From: an uncultured Gammaproteobacteria bacterium | GTDB lineage: Bacteria; Patescibacteriota; Patescibacteriia; JAHIZJ01 | Direction of reading: 5' to 3' | NCBI GenBank assembly: GCA_964371245.1 | Contig: CAYJKP010000001.1 | Span: 53,128-117,127, forward strand | DNA: 64,000 nucleotides | Part shown: positions 30,228-40,049 of the stretch, in pieces | Layout: the number at the start of each line of letters is the position of its first letter | Numbering within the stretch: position 1 is the stretch's first letter | Program-made: the position numbers and the translations under genes | The notes under the pieces: generated by a model | Database searches by the model: none | What the model was told of the DNA's origin: nothing | The model's input: only the letters and a program-made list of their open reading frames with translations

Positions 30228-30833
30228 GTGCCGTATTCGGCCGTCTTACAATTGAAAAATCTCGCCTCGGACAAGCCGTCGGTTAAATACTGTACCGCCA
30301 AGCGGGCTGTGGAATTGTCCAAGGAAAAACCGCGCGCCCTCTATCCGAAGCTCGACGTGTTTGTGCCGTTTCTCGACGGCGACAACCGGATTTTCAAATG
30401 GACGGCGATTATAATAATCGGAAATTTAGCGATTGTTGATAAAAACAACCGGATTGACCGGTTGGTTCCGAAACTTATTTCTTTCCTGCATGGCCAAGAA
30501 TTAATCACGGCGGCAAATTCTATCAAAGCACTGGGGCTCATTGCTCAGGCCAAGCCACGGTTCAAGGAAAAAATATTTACCGAGCTTATCGCCGTAGAAA
30601 AAGCGCGGTATTACAATAAAGGCAAGGTATCGCCTGAATGCCGGAACGTGGCGTTGGGACAAGTTATTGATGTGCTGAATGGTTTCAGGGAAGATATAAT
30701 AAGCCGGCGCGATCTGATGGCGTTTGTCAAACGACAGACGAAGAACAGACGGTTGGCGGTCAAGAAAAAGGCTAAAGAGCTTATTCACTTATGTAAAAAA
30801 CCGTGGACGAAAGAAGTCACTGGAAAAAGCTAG
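30228..30833 (+). CDS. HEAT/ARM-like helical protein
   Basis: Amphipathic helix repeats (IIGNLA, ALGLIAQAKP, ECRNVALG). Confidence 0.65.
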   Translation: MPYSAVLQLKNLASDKPSVKYCTAKRAVELSKEKPRALYPKLDVFVPFLDGDNRIFKWTAIIIIGNLAIVDKNNRIDRLVPKLISFLHGQELITAANSIKALGLIAQAKPRFKEKIFTELIAVEKARYYNKGKVSPECRNVALGQVIDVLNGFREDIISRRDLMAFVKRQTKNRRLAVKKKAKELIHLCKKPWTKEVTGKS

Positions 30834-31348
30834 CCTCTCGCGTTTCTTACAAAAACCCCTATTATCAGATACGGGAAGATGATGTGATCCAACCCGACGG
30901 TAAAAGAGGAAAATATTATCTTATTGATGCCCCGCCATCGGTTTTTATCGTGCCGGTCACGTCAGATAAGAAAATTTGTCTTATTGGCTTATATCGATAT
31001 ACCACCGATACGTATTCATGGGAGGTGCCAGCGGGAGGGATCGACAATGACGGCGTATTAAAAGCGGCAAAACGCGAATTGCTCGAAGAAACTGGTTTAA
31101 AATCAGATAACTGGACCAAGCTGGGAAAATTACAGGCATTTAACGGCCGGTCAAACAATCGGCAATATGTTTTTTTAGCAAATAACGTCAGACAGACGTC
31201 GGATAACAAAAAAAAGGAAGAAGGAATAACAAAGACAAAAAGAGTGACTTATCGCGAGGTGTTATCAATGATAAGACGCAACAAGATAACCGATAGTGAG
31301 TCGATCGCCGCGCTTTTCCTGGCCGGACTTCATCTAAAGCTATTATGA
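30803..31348 (+). CDS. NUDIX hydrolase (ADP-ribose pyrophosphatase-like)
   Basis: WEVPAGG...AAKRELLEETG. Confidence 0.9.
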   Translation: MDERSHWKKLASRVSYKNPYYQIREDDVIQPDGKRGKYYLIDAPPSVFIVPVTSDKKICLIGLYRYTTDTYSWEVPAGGIDNDGVLKAAKRELLEETGLKSDNWTKLGKLQAFNGRSNNRQYVFLANNVRQTSDNKKKEEGITKTKRVTYREVLSMIRRNKITDSESIAALFLAGLHLKLL

Positions 31349-31809
31349 AAAAGCAATCCGCTAAGGCAAAGTCGATGGCAGTCATCGGACTGATCGCACC
31401 GTGCGGCATGAACTGCGGTTTGTGCGCTGCGTATTTGCGCGAAGCGAAGAAATGTCCCGGCTGTCGCGGCGGCAATACCGATAAATCGCCCGCGTGTGTT
31501 CATTGCCGAATCAAAAATTGTCCAAAGCTGAAAAAATCCAAATCGGCGTTCTGCTATGCCTGTGACAGCTTTCCCTGCGATCGGGTAAAACATCTGGATG
31601 CGCGCTACCGGACGAACTATCATATGAGTATGATCGAAAATCTTCAATATATAGAGGACAAGGGTATTGATGCGTTTCTGCACAGTCAAAAAAAGACCTG
31701 GCAATGCCCGACCTGCGGCGGGATGATCTGTTGCCACAACGGGCTGTGTTACAGGTGTGATATAATGAAACTGAAAGCGAAAAAGAGAAAATATCGCTGG
31801 GAAGAATAA
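31345..31809 (+). CDS. DUF3795 Cys-rich protein
   Basis: APCGMNCGLC, CPGCR, FCYACDSFPC, WQCPTCGG. Confidence 0.85.
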   Translation: MKKQSAKAKSMAVIGLIAPCGMNCGLCAAYLREAKKCPGCRGGNTDKSPACVHCRIKNCPKLKKSKSAFCYACDSFPCDRVKHLDARYRTNYHMSMIENLQYIEDKGIDAFLHSQKKTWQCPTCGGMICCHNGLCYRCDIMKLKAKKRKYRWEE

Positions 31810-31833
31810 TTATCATTAGCGAAACAATCACGT

Positions 31834-32391
31834 ATGAAAAAATCCTATCAAAACCTCCTCAAGGCCATTGCCGGCGAATCAATGGCCCGAAACAAATATA
31901 CTTATTATGCCGAGATTGCCATGAAAGAAGGCTTCGTCTGGATCGCACGAGTGTTTGAGGAAACGGCTGACAATGAACGCGCCCACGCCCAGGAAGAATT
32001 AGAAAAGTTGCCGGAAAAAACCGAGATGACCAATACCTACGACATTCATCCGCTGGGAACGACGCTGGAAAATCTCCGCAATGCCGAATCAGGCGAACGC
32101 TATGAATTTGGCACGATGTATCCGAATTTCGAAAAAGAGGCGCGCGCCGAAGGCGAGACGGAAATTGCCGTCCTCTTCAAGGAGATCAGCGAAGTCGAGG
32201 AAAAACACGCCGAGCGCTACAAAATTTTGGGCGACAAGCTCGAAGCCGGAACGCTCTACAAAAGCGAAGAGGAAACGGAATGGAAGTGCTTGAACTGCGG
32301 CTATGTGCACAAGGGAAAAAACGCACCGGGCAAATGCCCGGTTTGCCAGAAGCCCCAGGGATATTACATGCAAATCGGCGCGGTCCGATAA
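31834..32391 (+). CDS. rbr: Rubrerythrin
   Basis: AGESMARNKY, NERAHA, VEEKH, WKCLNCGY...CPVC. Confidence 0.93.
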   Translation: MKKSYQNLLKAIAGESMARNKYTYYAEIAMKEGFVWIARVFEETADNERAHAQEELEKLPEKTEMTNTYDIHPLGTTLENLRNAESGERYEFGTMYPNFEKEARAEGETEIAVLFKEISEVEEKHAERYKILGDKLEAGTLYKSEEETEWKCLNCGYVHKGKNAPGKCPVCQKPQGYYMQIGAVR

Positions 32392-32395
32392 TGCC

Positions 32396-32800
32396 ATGGA
32401 TTACGGCGTTTATATCATTATCGGCATAACGATTGCGCTTGTCGTTCCATACTTCATCCGACTAGCCAAGCGCCGGACGTGGGGACAGGCGCTTGGGGAA
32501 TCACAGCGACGCGGGCAGTTCATGGTCAAACTGCCGGCTGATCAGATCCGGGCGAAATTATTGGAACTAGCGAAATCAAAAGGCTATACAATAGAAGAAA
32601 CAAGCGAACTTCAGATCGTTCTCGCCGATCAGCCAACGGCTACCAGCTGGGGATTTTTTTATCCGATAACACTGTCAACGAAGCCAGACGGCACAACGAT
32701 CCTAACGATCGGTATCAAAAGCCGGCTAATGCAATTCGGACCGGTTGTATCGAAGCACCATAAGCGCCTCATGGAGCAGATTACGTCAGCATTCTCATAA
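32396..32800 (+). CDS. Hypothetical protein with N-terminal TM
   Basis: ATG just after the rbr stop; SWGFFYPI. Confidence 0.65.
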   Translation: MDYGVYIIIGITIALVVPYFIRLAKRRTWGQALGESQRRGQFMVKLPADQIRAKLLELAKSKGYTIEETSELQIVLADQPTATSWGFFYPITLSTKPDGTTILTIGIKSRLMQFGPVVSKHHKRLMEQITSAFS

Positions 32801-33112
32801 AAATATTTTTCCACACGCTGAGAAGTAGATGTTGGGTTATTTTTGAAAAATAACCCAAGATACTGCATTTGCGACCGCCGAATCGCCGTTTTTTAGCCAA
32901 AAAATATCTTGACATCAAAAAAACTATTTTACAATTTGTTTGTCTTAACAAAAACGAAAAAAACGTCCTGGCGTTACACTCAACTCGCTACCATAATCAT
33001 TTCAAGGAGAGCGTGCCAGAGAAAAAAGTACAGCGTAGAAAAACTTCAAAGGCGTTTGAAGATATGATATACTGTGAAAAGTAAAAATTTTATCACTAAG
33101 ACCTCTCATTCT

Positions 33113-33766
33113 ATGAAGCGCAAACTTGCTATTCTCGTCGTTGTCCTGGCCATCCTATTGCTTGGAAGCATGCCGTTTTGGGGAAAGAGCAAAAGCAAGC
33201 CAGCGGCTCAGGAATCAGAAGCGGTTCAAGGAGCCAATACCATGACTGTACAAACCGAGCAAGAGCAACTGTCTCAGCTAGCCGAACAGCCGTCCGTCCG
33301 GGTTGAGACAAGTCTGGGCAGTTTCACGATCAAACTCTATACCAAAGTCGCGCCGGAGCTGACCAAGAACTTTCTCGAACTCGCCCGCGGCGGGTATTAC
33401 AACGGGCTGACCTTTCATCGGATCGTACCGGGATTTGTCGTCCAGGGCGGCGATCCGAGCGGCGATGGGACAGGCGGGCACAGCTATCGCGGTGACGGGA
33501 CCGGACTGGCCGACGAGCCCGGGGCGTTAGCCTTAAAGCATTATCGCGGAGCGGTCGCCTGGGCAAAGTCGTCTCTACCGAATTCCATCGGCAGCCAGTT
33601 TTATATCGCCTTAGATGACCTCACGCAATTAGACGGCAGCTACTCGGTCTTTGGCCAAGTGGTTGATGGGCTTGATATTGTTGATCGTATCGCCGCGGCA
33701 AAAACCGACGCCAGCGACCGGCCCGTTGAGCCGATTAAAATGCTGACCGTTACGGTTACCGAATAA
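33113..33766 (+). CDS. Cyclophilin-type peptidyl-prolyl isomerase, exported
   Basis: FHRIVPGFVVQGGDP, GSQFYI, YSVFGQV; N-terminal TM. Confidence 0.93.
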   Translation: MKRKLAILVVVLAILLLGSMPFWGKSKSKPAAQESEAVQGANTMTVQTEQEQLSQLAEQPSVRVETSLGSFTIKLYTKVAPELTKNFLELARGGYYNGLTFHRIVPGFVVQGGDPSGDGTGGHSYRGDGTGLADEPGALALKHYRGAVAWAKSSLPNSIGSQFYIALDDLTQLDGSYSVFGQVVDGLDIVDRIAAAKTDASDRPVEPIKMLTVTVTE

Positions 33767-33802
33767 ACGTAGACCTGCTTGTCTTGCGGCGTCTAACTGT
33801 GA

Positions 33803-33880
33803 TATAATCGGTTCATCCTGCGCCTGACGCACCACGATGGCTTTGCTTTCGGGGTGCGCGGTCGAGGCCAGGACGGCTAA
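33803..33880 (+). promoter_or_regulatory. Extended -10 followed by a long hairpin 5' UTR of the RRM gene
   Basis: TATAAT, then TCCTG/CAGGA and GCACC/GGTGC stems. Confidence 0.45.
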
Positions 33881-33946
33881 TATCTAATGTGTGCGCTCCA
33901 AAAAAGTTACATATAAACTTTCAACCGCGCACCGGTACAACAACGT

Positions 33947-34237
33947 ATGGCGTCTCAAACGCTCTATGTCGGAAACCTTCCCTACAGTGCCACCGACGAC
34001 CAGCTCAAAGAGCTTTTCGGACAGCACGGCACCGTGAATTCGGCCTCGGTCATTATCGACCGATTTTCAGGCCGGAGCCGCGGGTTCGGCTTTGTCGAAA
34101 TGGGCTCCGAAGAGGAAGCCAGCAAGGCGCTCGAAGCCACCAACGGCTACGAGATGGACGGTCGGGCTCTGAAGGTCAGCATCGCGCGCCCGCGCGAGGA
34201 GAAAAAAGGGGGGTTTGACGGGGATCGCGGTGCCTAA
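33947..34237 (+). CDS. RRM RNA-binding protein
   Basis: LYVGNL (RNP2), RGFGFVEM (RNP1). Confidence 0.95.
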   Translation: MASQTLYVGNLPYSATDDQLKELFGQHGTVNSASVIIDRFSGRSRGFGFVEMGSEEEASKALEATNGYEMDGRALKVSIARPREEKKGGFDGDRGA

Positions 34238-34380
34238 AGCAACACGATAGTCCACGACAATAACCATAAAACGGACGTACCTGGTCCGTTTTTTGGCGCC
34301 CGGTGGTTTGACCGAGACGGCGCTTTTCTTCATACTTAGATTGACGTCAGCCGTAATCATTAATAATAACCATAACTCCA

Positions 34381-34722
34381 ATGTCAACCGGAGCCGCCTT
34401 GCACCATCTTCATACTCGAAAAAGAATTTACAAAAATTTGGAAAAATATCCCCATCCGCAGCGACTGAAGAACCTACTGGATCGGTCGATGTACGCAGTC
34501 GGCATTATCATGCCGGTTATGACCATTCCCCAGATCCTGAAAATCTGGCAACAACAGGACGCGGCCAATCTTTCCCTGATCACCTGGGTCGCCTCAGCCT
34601 TATCGGGGTTGTTTTTTCTGGGCTACGCGGTTGTTCATAAAGATAAGCCGCTGGTGGCGGTCTATAGCGCGAGTTTTGTCACCACCTTGGTCGTCGTAAT
34701 TGAAACTATCGTCTTCGGATAA
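34381..34722 (+). CDS. SemiSWEET/PQ-loop membrane protein
   Basis: TIPQILKIW; three TMs. Confidence 0.75.
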   Translation: MSTGAALHHLHTRKRIYKNLEKYPHPQRLKNLLDRSMYAVGIIMPVMTIPQILKIWQQQDAANLSLITWVASALSGLFFLGYAVVHKDKPLVAVYSASFVTTLVVVIETIVFG

Positions 34723-34726
34723 GATA

Positions 34727-35110
34727 ATGACCCGCGAATATTTTGAAGAAAATATCAATGCTGCTATTGCCAGTATCCCGGAGAAAATCAGAGAGCGCTT
34801 TAACAACGTTGCTTTTGTGGTTGAAGACGCCCCGCGCCCAGCGGCGGCGACCGAACGCCTGGTGCGGCGGGGCAGTATCTTGCTGGGCTTGTATCAGGGC
34901 GTGCCCCTGACACGCCGCGGTCCGGGCTACTCCGGCGTGCTGCCTGACAAGATAACGATTTTCCAGCAGGCGATTGAATTTTTGGCGGGTCCCGATGAAC
35001 GCCGCATCGGCGCCCTTATTCATGACGTTGTTCATCATGAGATTGCCCATCATCTTGGATTTTCAGAGCGCGAGGTTCGCGCCTGGGAGCGGAAACGGAA
35101 GAAACCATGA
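34727..35110 (+). CDS. Zincin-like metallopeptidase (DUF1025)
   Basis: LLGLYQGVP, PDKITIF, HEIAHHLG. Confidence 0.88.
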   Translation: MTREYFEENINAAIASIPEKIRERFNNVAFVVEDAPRPAAATERLVRRGSILLGLYQGVPLTRRGPGYSGVLPDKITIFQQAIEFLAGPDERRIGALIHDVVHHEIAHHLGFSEREVRAWERKRKKP

Positions 35111-36309
35111 AAATCAATTTGAAGGATATGAAGAAATTGCGCATCCGACGGAAGAAGAAATCCGGCTGGAAATATTATGGTCGAATCGCCCTGATTCTTC
35201 TGGCGGTCGTGATCGGCGGCGAACTGGTTGCACTGACGGTAGGTTTTTACGCCGTAAAGTGGCACTATACCGATGTGCCCGGAACCGTCGATAGCCGGAG
35301 TGACGTGTATCAAGCCCAGGCCGAGACCATCAAACGTCAACAGGCCCATTTGCCGATCAGCGGCGAGCGACAAATTCCCGAAGCGCAGCTGCTCCGAAAC
35401 GCAATTTTCTGCCAAGTCAATGCCTTAAAGGGGTATGCGCCATTGAACACCAAGCGTATTCTCGAAGCGCAAATCAGTGGCACCAACACGGCCGTGTTGA
35501 CGAATATGATTTTTGCGGTTCAGCTGAGATTGGAAAATCAAACGAACGCCCAAGCCACTCTAAAGCAATGCACGACCGCGCCCGCGAACAGCCGGCCCCA
35601 GCTAGTCGATTCGGCGGTCATCCTCTCGGTGCCCGAAGCGACGCCGAACGCGTTTGCCTGGGCGAATACTGAAGAGTGGCGGATTGTCCGTGAAGCGTTT
35701 ACAAAAGACAAGGATACGGTCCAGCGCGCCGCCGCTGACGCTGGCGTAAACGCTCGGATGATTGTGGCGGTTGGCTTGGTTGAACAATTCCGGTTGTATT
35801 TTACGCAGCGGGAGCTTTTTGAAAAATTCTTCAAGCCTTTGAAGATCCTCGGAAACGCCACCAAGATGGCCATGGGAGTGATGTCGATGAAAGAAAGCTT
35901 TGCCCTCGACATCGAACGACATTTGGGTGAAAGAGGTTCACCATATTATCTCGGTTCCGCGGCTGAACACCAGTTGGATTTTCAAACCAGCGATCCGAGT
36001 GCCGAGCGGTATCGGCGGCTGACGGACGAAAAAAATCACTACTATTCGTACCTCTACGGCGGTCTCGCGTTGGCCCAATACGAAGCGCAGTGGCAGCACG
36101 CCGGGCATGATATTGCCCAGCGGCCGGAGATCCTGGCCACCTTATATAATATTGGTTTTGCCCATTCGAAGCCGAATCCCGTCCCTCAAGTTGGCGGCTC
36201 GGAAATCACCATCAACGGCACGACCTACACGTTCGGCTCGCTCGCCCATGAGTTTTACTATTCCGGAGAACTACTCAATGAATATCCCTACCCATTACCA
36301 GCCAAATAA
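35107..36309 (+). CDS. Membrane-anchored protein, possible lysozyme-like fold
   Basis: N-terminal TM; GVNARMIVAV..VEQ, MGVMSMK, LATLYNIG. Confidence 0.6.
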   Translation: MKINLKDMKKLRIRRKKKSGWKYYGRIALILLAVVIGGELVALTVGFYAVKWHYTDVPGTVDSRSDVYQAQAETIKRQQAHLPISGERQIPEAQLLRNAIFCQVNALKGYAPLNTKRILEAQISGTNTAVLTNMIFAVQLRLENQTNAQATLKQCTTAPANSRPQLVDSAVILSVPEATPNAFAWANTEEWRIVREAFTKDKDTVQRAAADAGVNARMIVAVGLVEQFRLYFTQRELFEKFFKPLKILGNATKMAMGVMSMKESFALDIERHLGERGSPYYLGSAAEHQLDFQTSDPSAERYRRLTDEKNHYYSYLYGGLALAQYEAQWQHAGHDIAQRPEILATLYNIGFAHSKPNPVPQVGGSEITINGTTYTFGSLAHEFYYSGELLNEYPYPLPAK

Positions 36310-36322
36310 TTTGAATAATTAT

Positions 36323-36844
36323 ATGGCATCTATGGGCGATCAAACAACCAATCGAAGCTGGAGAGACGATGGCCTTGTTATTCTCGTTTTGACCTTCTGT
36401 CTGGTGATGGTTGGTATTCAGCTGTTGCTCAGAGATGAGTCAGGGACGGCTGGAAATGTAACGACCGATTCGAACGGCATCCGATTTGAAAGCCTAGTAC
36501 GCGGCTGTAATAGCGACTCGGAAAAAATATCCCGAGAAGTGGGTTTAAACGTTCCCGAAAAAGAAGTCAGTCTAGAAATAGATCGAGCCGCTTTGATCTA
36601 TCGCCGCACGGTTAGCCACGCTTGTTGTCTGACGGTTACGTTGAAACACGAACAGGCGCAGAATGCTATTACCATCGATGAAAAATGGAGCGGAACACCA
36701 TGTCGCTGTCTTTGCACGACCCAGCTTCAAGCTTTATTCACCAATGTCCCGGCCGGGGCGTACACGGTTACCGCGGTTGAGCAAACACCCCAAGGTCAGA
36801 AAAACACGCTGCGACAGCAACAGGTCACTTTCGGGGACGATTGA
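36323..36844 (+). CDS. Exported Cys-containing hypothetical protein
   Basis: TM then HACC...PCRCLC. Confidence 0.65.
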   Translation: MASMGDQTTNRSWRDDGLVILVLTFCLVMVGIQLLLRDESGTAGNVTTDSNGIRFESLVRGCNSDSEKISREVGLNVPEKEVSLEIDRAALIYRRTVSHACCLTVTLKHEQAQNAITIDEKWSGTPCRCLCTTQLQALFTNVPAGAYTVTAVEQTPQGQKNTLRQQQVTFGDD

Positions 36845-36941
36845 ACCGGCATTAAACCCTATACAAAAGAATATTTTTACGTTATGATATAAATGAAAGT
36901 AATCAGATATTTTTGTTTTTATCTAACAAAGTACCAACGAC

Positions 36942-37364
36942 ATGATTTTAAAAGAATGTCAATCGTGCCGCGGCTGTTGCGGGTCGGACGGATACGTCGA
37001 TATTCTGTTGACGCAGAACGATCTCGTCTATATTCCGAAACGGTTGGTGAAAAAAAGCAATTCCTTGTGGAAGTTCAAAAAAAGCCGGACCGGAGTCTGT
37101 TATTTTCTCACGGCCAAGGGCTGTTCGCTGGCTTATAAAAAAAGACCGTTGGACTGCCGTATTTATCCGCTAACCTTCGTTATAGAAAACAGTAAAATAC
37201 AGACGCGAATATTCCGCAGTTGTCCCTTGGCCGGAACAATATCAAAAGAAATTCTGGCTGAGATGAAAAAAGAATTAAGGCGCGGACTGAAGCAGTGGCA
37301 GCCGGAGGAAATCGTAGCATATGCCGGCAGTACAAATACCTGGGCTTGGTTAAAACCGGAATAA
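36942..37364 (+). CDS. YkgJ-family cysteine-cluster protein
   Basis: CQSCRGCC, CYFL...GC, RPLDCRIYP. Confidence 0.85.
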   Translation: MILKECQSCRGCCGSDGYVDILLTQNDLVYIPKRLVKKSNSLWKFKKSRTGVCYFLTAKGCSLAYKKRPLDCRIYPLTFVIENSKIQTRIFRSCPLAGTISKEILAEMKKELRRGLKQWQPEEIVAYAGSTNTWAWLKPE

Positions 37365-37390
37365 TATAATTGCTAATCAAATCAAAGAAT

Positions 37391-38488
37391 ATGCGGAATA
37401 AAAAACGAGCAACCATTCAATCGAAATCGAGAATCAGGTCACTTAATCTAAAAAAACAACTAACGGTCAGCGAACTGGTTAATAATTATTATCAGGCCTA
37501 TAATTCGGCCCGGCTCAATGAAGCCTGCCGCTTGTTGGCTGAGAAAATGCTCGATCCGCGCCGCGACGTCACCGTGGGGCTGACGATTGCCGGCGCGCTG
37601 ACCCCGGCCGGATTATCAGGTGCAGTGGTTTCAATGATGCAGGCTGGTTTCATCGATTTTATCATTTCGACCGGGGCAAATCTATATCATGATATTCATC
37701 ATGCGCTTGACCTGCCTTTGACTAAAGGCGACTTCAAGGTTGATGACCGCGAATTGTTTAAGAAAGATGTCGTTCGCATCTACGATATTTTCTTGAAAGA
37801 AAAAATGCTGCTCGGCACGGATCAGTATTTCCGCAATTTTATCGAGAGCAGCAAGTGTCCGAAAAAGCATATGGCTTCCAGCGAATTTCATTATCGTATC
37901 GGGCGCCATTTACTGAAGCAATCGCCGAATCCGGAACGGTCGATTCTCGCCCAAGCCGCTCGTTTCAATGTTCCGGTCTACACGTCTTCGCCAGGTGATT
38001 CCAGCCTGGGCATGGAATTGGCGCGTTTTTCGCTGGATCAGCCGGGATTGATGATCGATCCGAATCTAGACGTTTTAGAAACCACGGCCATTGTCGCGTA
38101 TGCTAAGGAAAACGGCGTCATTCTGGTCGGCGGCGGCTCACCCAAGAATTTCTATATGCAGACCCAGCCGATGCTCTGGCAATTTTTGAACATGAGCCGC
38201 GGCGGCCACGATTATTTCATTCAGATGACAATGGACTCGCCGCAGTGGGGCGGTCTGTCCGGGGCCACGCCGGGCGAGGCCGTGTCCTGGGGCAAAATAA
38301 ACCCCGAGGAATTAAAAAACACGGTCGTGGTTTATTCAGACTTCACCCTGGCCCTGCCGATTTTATTCACCTATGCCTTTGACCAGGCCAAGCCGCGGAT
38401 CAGAAAAAACCTTTATCTGCATCGCGAGGAGCTGATGAAAAGAATGGAGAAAGAATATCGGAAAAAAAGAACAGTATCGTATCTATAG
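37391..38488 (+). CDS. Deoxyhypusine synthase-like (homospermidine synthase, SpeY-type)
   Basis: AGALTPAG, STGANLYHD, GGGSPKNF, GGLSGAT..EAVSWGK (active Lys). Confidence 0.9.
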   Translation: MRNKKRATIQSKSRIRSLNLKKQLTVSELVNNYYQAYNSARLNEACRLLAEKMLDPRRDVTVGLTIAGALTPAGLSGAVVSMMQAGFIDFIISTGANLYHDIHHALDLPLTKGDFKVDDRELFKKDVVRIYDIFLKEKMLLGTDQYFRNFIESSKCPKKHMASSEFHYRIGRHLLKQSPNPERSILAQAARFNVPVYTSSPGDSSLGMELARFSLDQPGLMIDPNLDVLETTAIVAYAKENGVILVGGGSPKNFYMQTQPMLWQFLNMSRGGHDYFIQMTMDSPQWGGLSGATPGEAVSWGKINPEELKNTVVVYSDFTLALPILFTYAFDQAKPRIRKNLYLHREELMKRMEKEYRKKRTVSYL

Positions 38489-38504
38489 ACAATAATTTGT
38501 ATTT

Positions 38505-39815
38505 ATGTCAAACGGAAACGCTGCAACAAATCACGTTAAGTCCAGAAAGTTTCTTTTCGTGTCCTGGGAAAGCGTTAGCGGCGATTTAGCTTGGCAGGTC
38601 CAGAAGGAGGGCAATCAGGTGAAAGTTTCGATTGCCAGCAGGGAAGACGAAGATGTGTATGACGGCATTCTGGAAAAGGTTGAAAAGTGGGAGGATTATA
38701 TTGACTGGGCGGACGTGATTATTTTTGACGACATTGATTTCGGTCCGATTGCCGAACGATTAAGGAAAAAGGGTAAACTCGTGGTTGGCGGATCGGTTTA
38801 TACCGACCAGACCGAGAACGATCGTGAATTTGGTCAGAAGGAAATGGAGCGTTTGGGTATGAATGTATTGCCTCATTTTCATTTTGACAATTTTGATGAG
38901 GCAATAGGTTTTCTGAAGAAAAACCCCGGCCGATATGTCATGAAACCGAGCGGGAGCGCGCAAAACGAAAAAAACCTACTGTTTATCGGCGAGGAAGAAG
39001 ACGGCCGTGATTTAATCGAGCTGATCGAGCACAACAAGGTTTCTTGGACCAAGAAGATAAAAAATTTCCAGCTGCAGAAATTCGTCGCCGGCGTGGAAGT
39101 GGCCATCGGTTCGTTCTTCAACGGTCAGAATTTCATTCGCCCGATAAATATTAATTTCGAACACAAGAAGCTGTTTCCGGGCGACCGCGGCCCGTCGACC
39201 TGGGAGATGGGCACGCTCATGTACTGGACGAATACGAGCAAAATTTTTACCAGCACGCTGGCGAAAATGGAGGGAGCACTGGCCGAGAGTGGGTACATTG
39301 GCTACTACGATATTAATTGCATCGCCAACAGTCGCGGAATTTACCCCCTGGAAATTACCGCGCGATTTGGCTATCCCACAATCAGCGTGCAAATGGAAGG
39401 TATCCTCTCGCCGATGGGAGATTTTTTATATGATCTGGCGAGTGGAAAAAATTTCGAGATCAAAACAAAAAAGGGATTTCAAATAGGCTTCGTCGTAGCG
39501 GTGCCGCCGTATCCGTTCAGCAGCGACCGGATATTCTCTATTTACAAAGATTCGTCAATCCTGTTCAAGAATTCTAGTCAGGTTGACGGGTTGCATATCG
39601 GCGACGTGAAAAAAGTGAACGGCGATTTCAAGCTGGCCGGAAATACCGGTTATGCTCTGGTTGTGACTGGTTCAGGTATCACCGTGGAAGAAGCACGGAA
39701 ACAGGTTGAACATCGTTTAAGGAATATACGTTTGCAGGGCATGTTTTATCGAGTTGATATTGGGACGCGCTGGCTGAAGGATAGCGATAAGCTGCAGGCC
39801 TGGGAATACCTCTAG
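38505..39815 (+). CDS. PurD-like ATP-grasp ligase (divergent family)
   Basis: YVMKP, QKFVAGVEVA, NFEHKKLFPG, TWEMG, LEITARFGYP; N-terminus unlike canonical PurD. Confidence 0.8.
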   Translation: MSNGNAATNHVKSRKFLFVSWESVSGDLAWQVQKEGNQVKVSIASREDEDVYDGILEKVEKWEDYIDWADVIIFDDIDFGPIAERLRKKGKLVVGGSVYTDQTENDREFGQKEMERLGMNVLPHFHFDNFDEAIGFLKKNPGRYVMKPSGSAQNEKNLLFIGEEEDGRDLIELIEHNKVSWTKKIKNFQLQKFVAGVEVAIGSFFNGQNFIRPININFEHKKLFPGDRGPSTWEMGTLMYWTNTSKIFTSTLAKMEGALAESGYIGYYDINCIANSRGIYPLEITARFGYPTISVQMEGILSPMGDFLYDLASGKNFEIKTKKGFQIGFVVAVPPYPFSSDRIFSIYKDSSILFKNSSQVDGLHIGDVKKVNGDFKLAGNTGYALVVTGSGITVEEARKQVEHRLRNIRLQGMFYRVDIGTRWLKDSDKLQAWEYL

Positions 39816-39862
39816 CTGGATTCCCGCGCTTGACCGGAGGCCAAGAGAAAATTCGAGGCAGG

Positions 39863-39981
39863 AAATCCTAAATCAGAAACGATAACAATTGTTCAAAATT
39901 AAAATAACCGAAACCGTTTGGAATATTCGAACAAAAAAATTTTGATATTGTTTCAAATATAATGTTTTGAATTTCGGATTT
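39863..39981. repeat. AT-rich long imperfect inverted repeat (MITE-like)
   Basis: AAATCC/GGATTT, GAAACGATA/TATTGTTTC, TTGTTC/GAACAA arms. Confidence 0.5.
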
Positions 39982-40049
39982 TTTCCAACACGTGAAGGGC
40001 AGAAGCTATTGAGACGTTGTCGATAAAAGATCAAATTAAGCATACGTAA

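Noticed and set aside
32909-32935. TTGACA...TACAAT promoter
   Set aside because: The spacer is only 15 nt.
16357-33000. Integron-like cassette array of small co-directional genes
   Set aside because: No recurring attC-like repeat between genes and no integrase seen.
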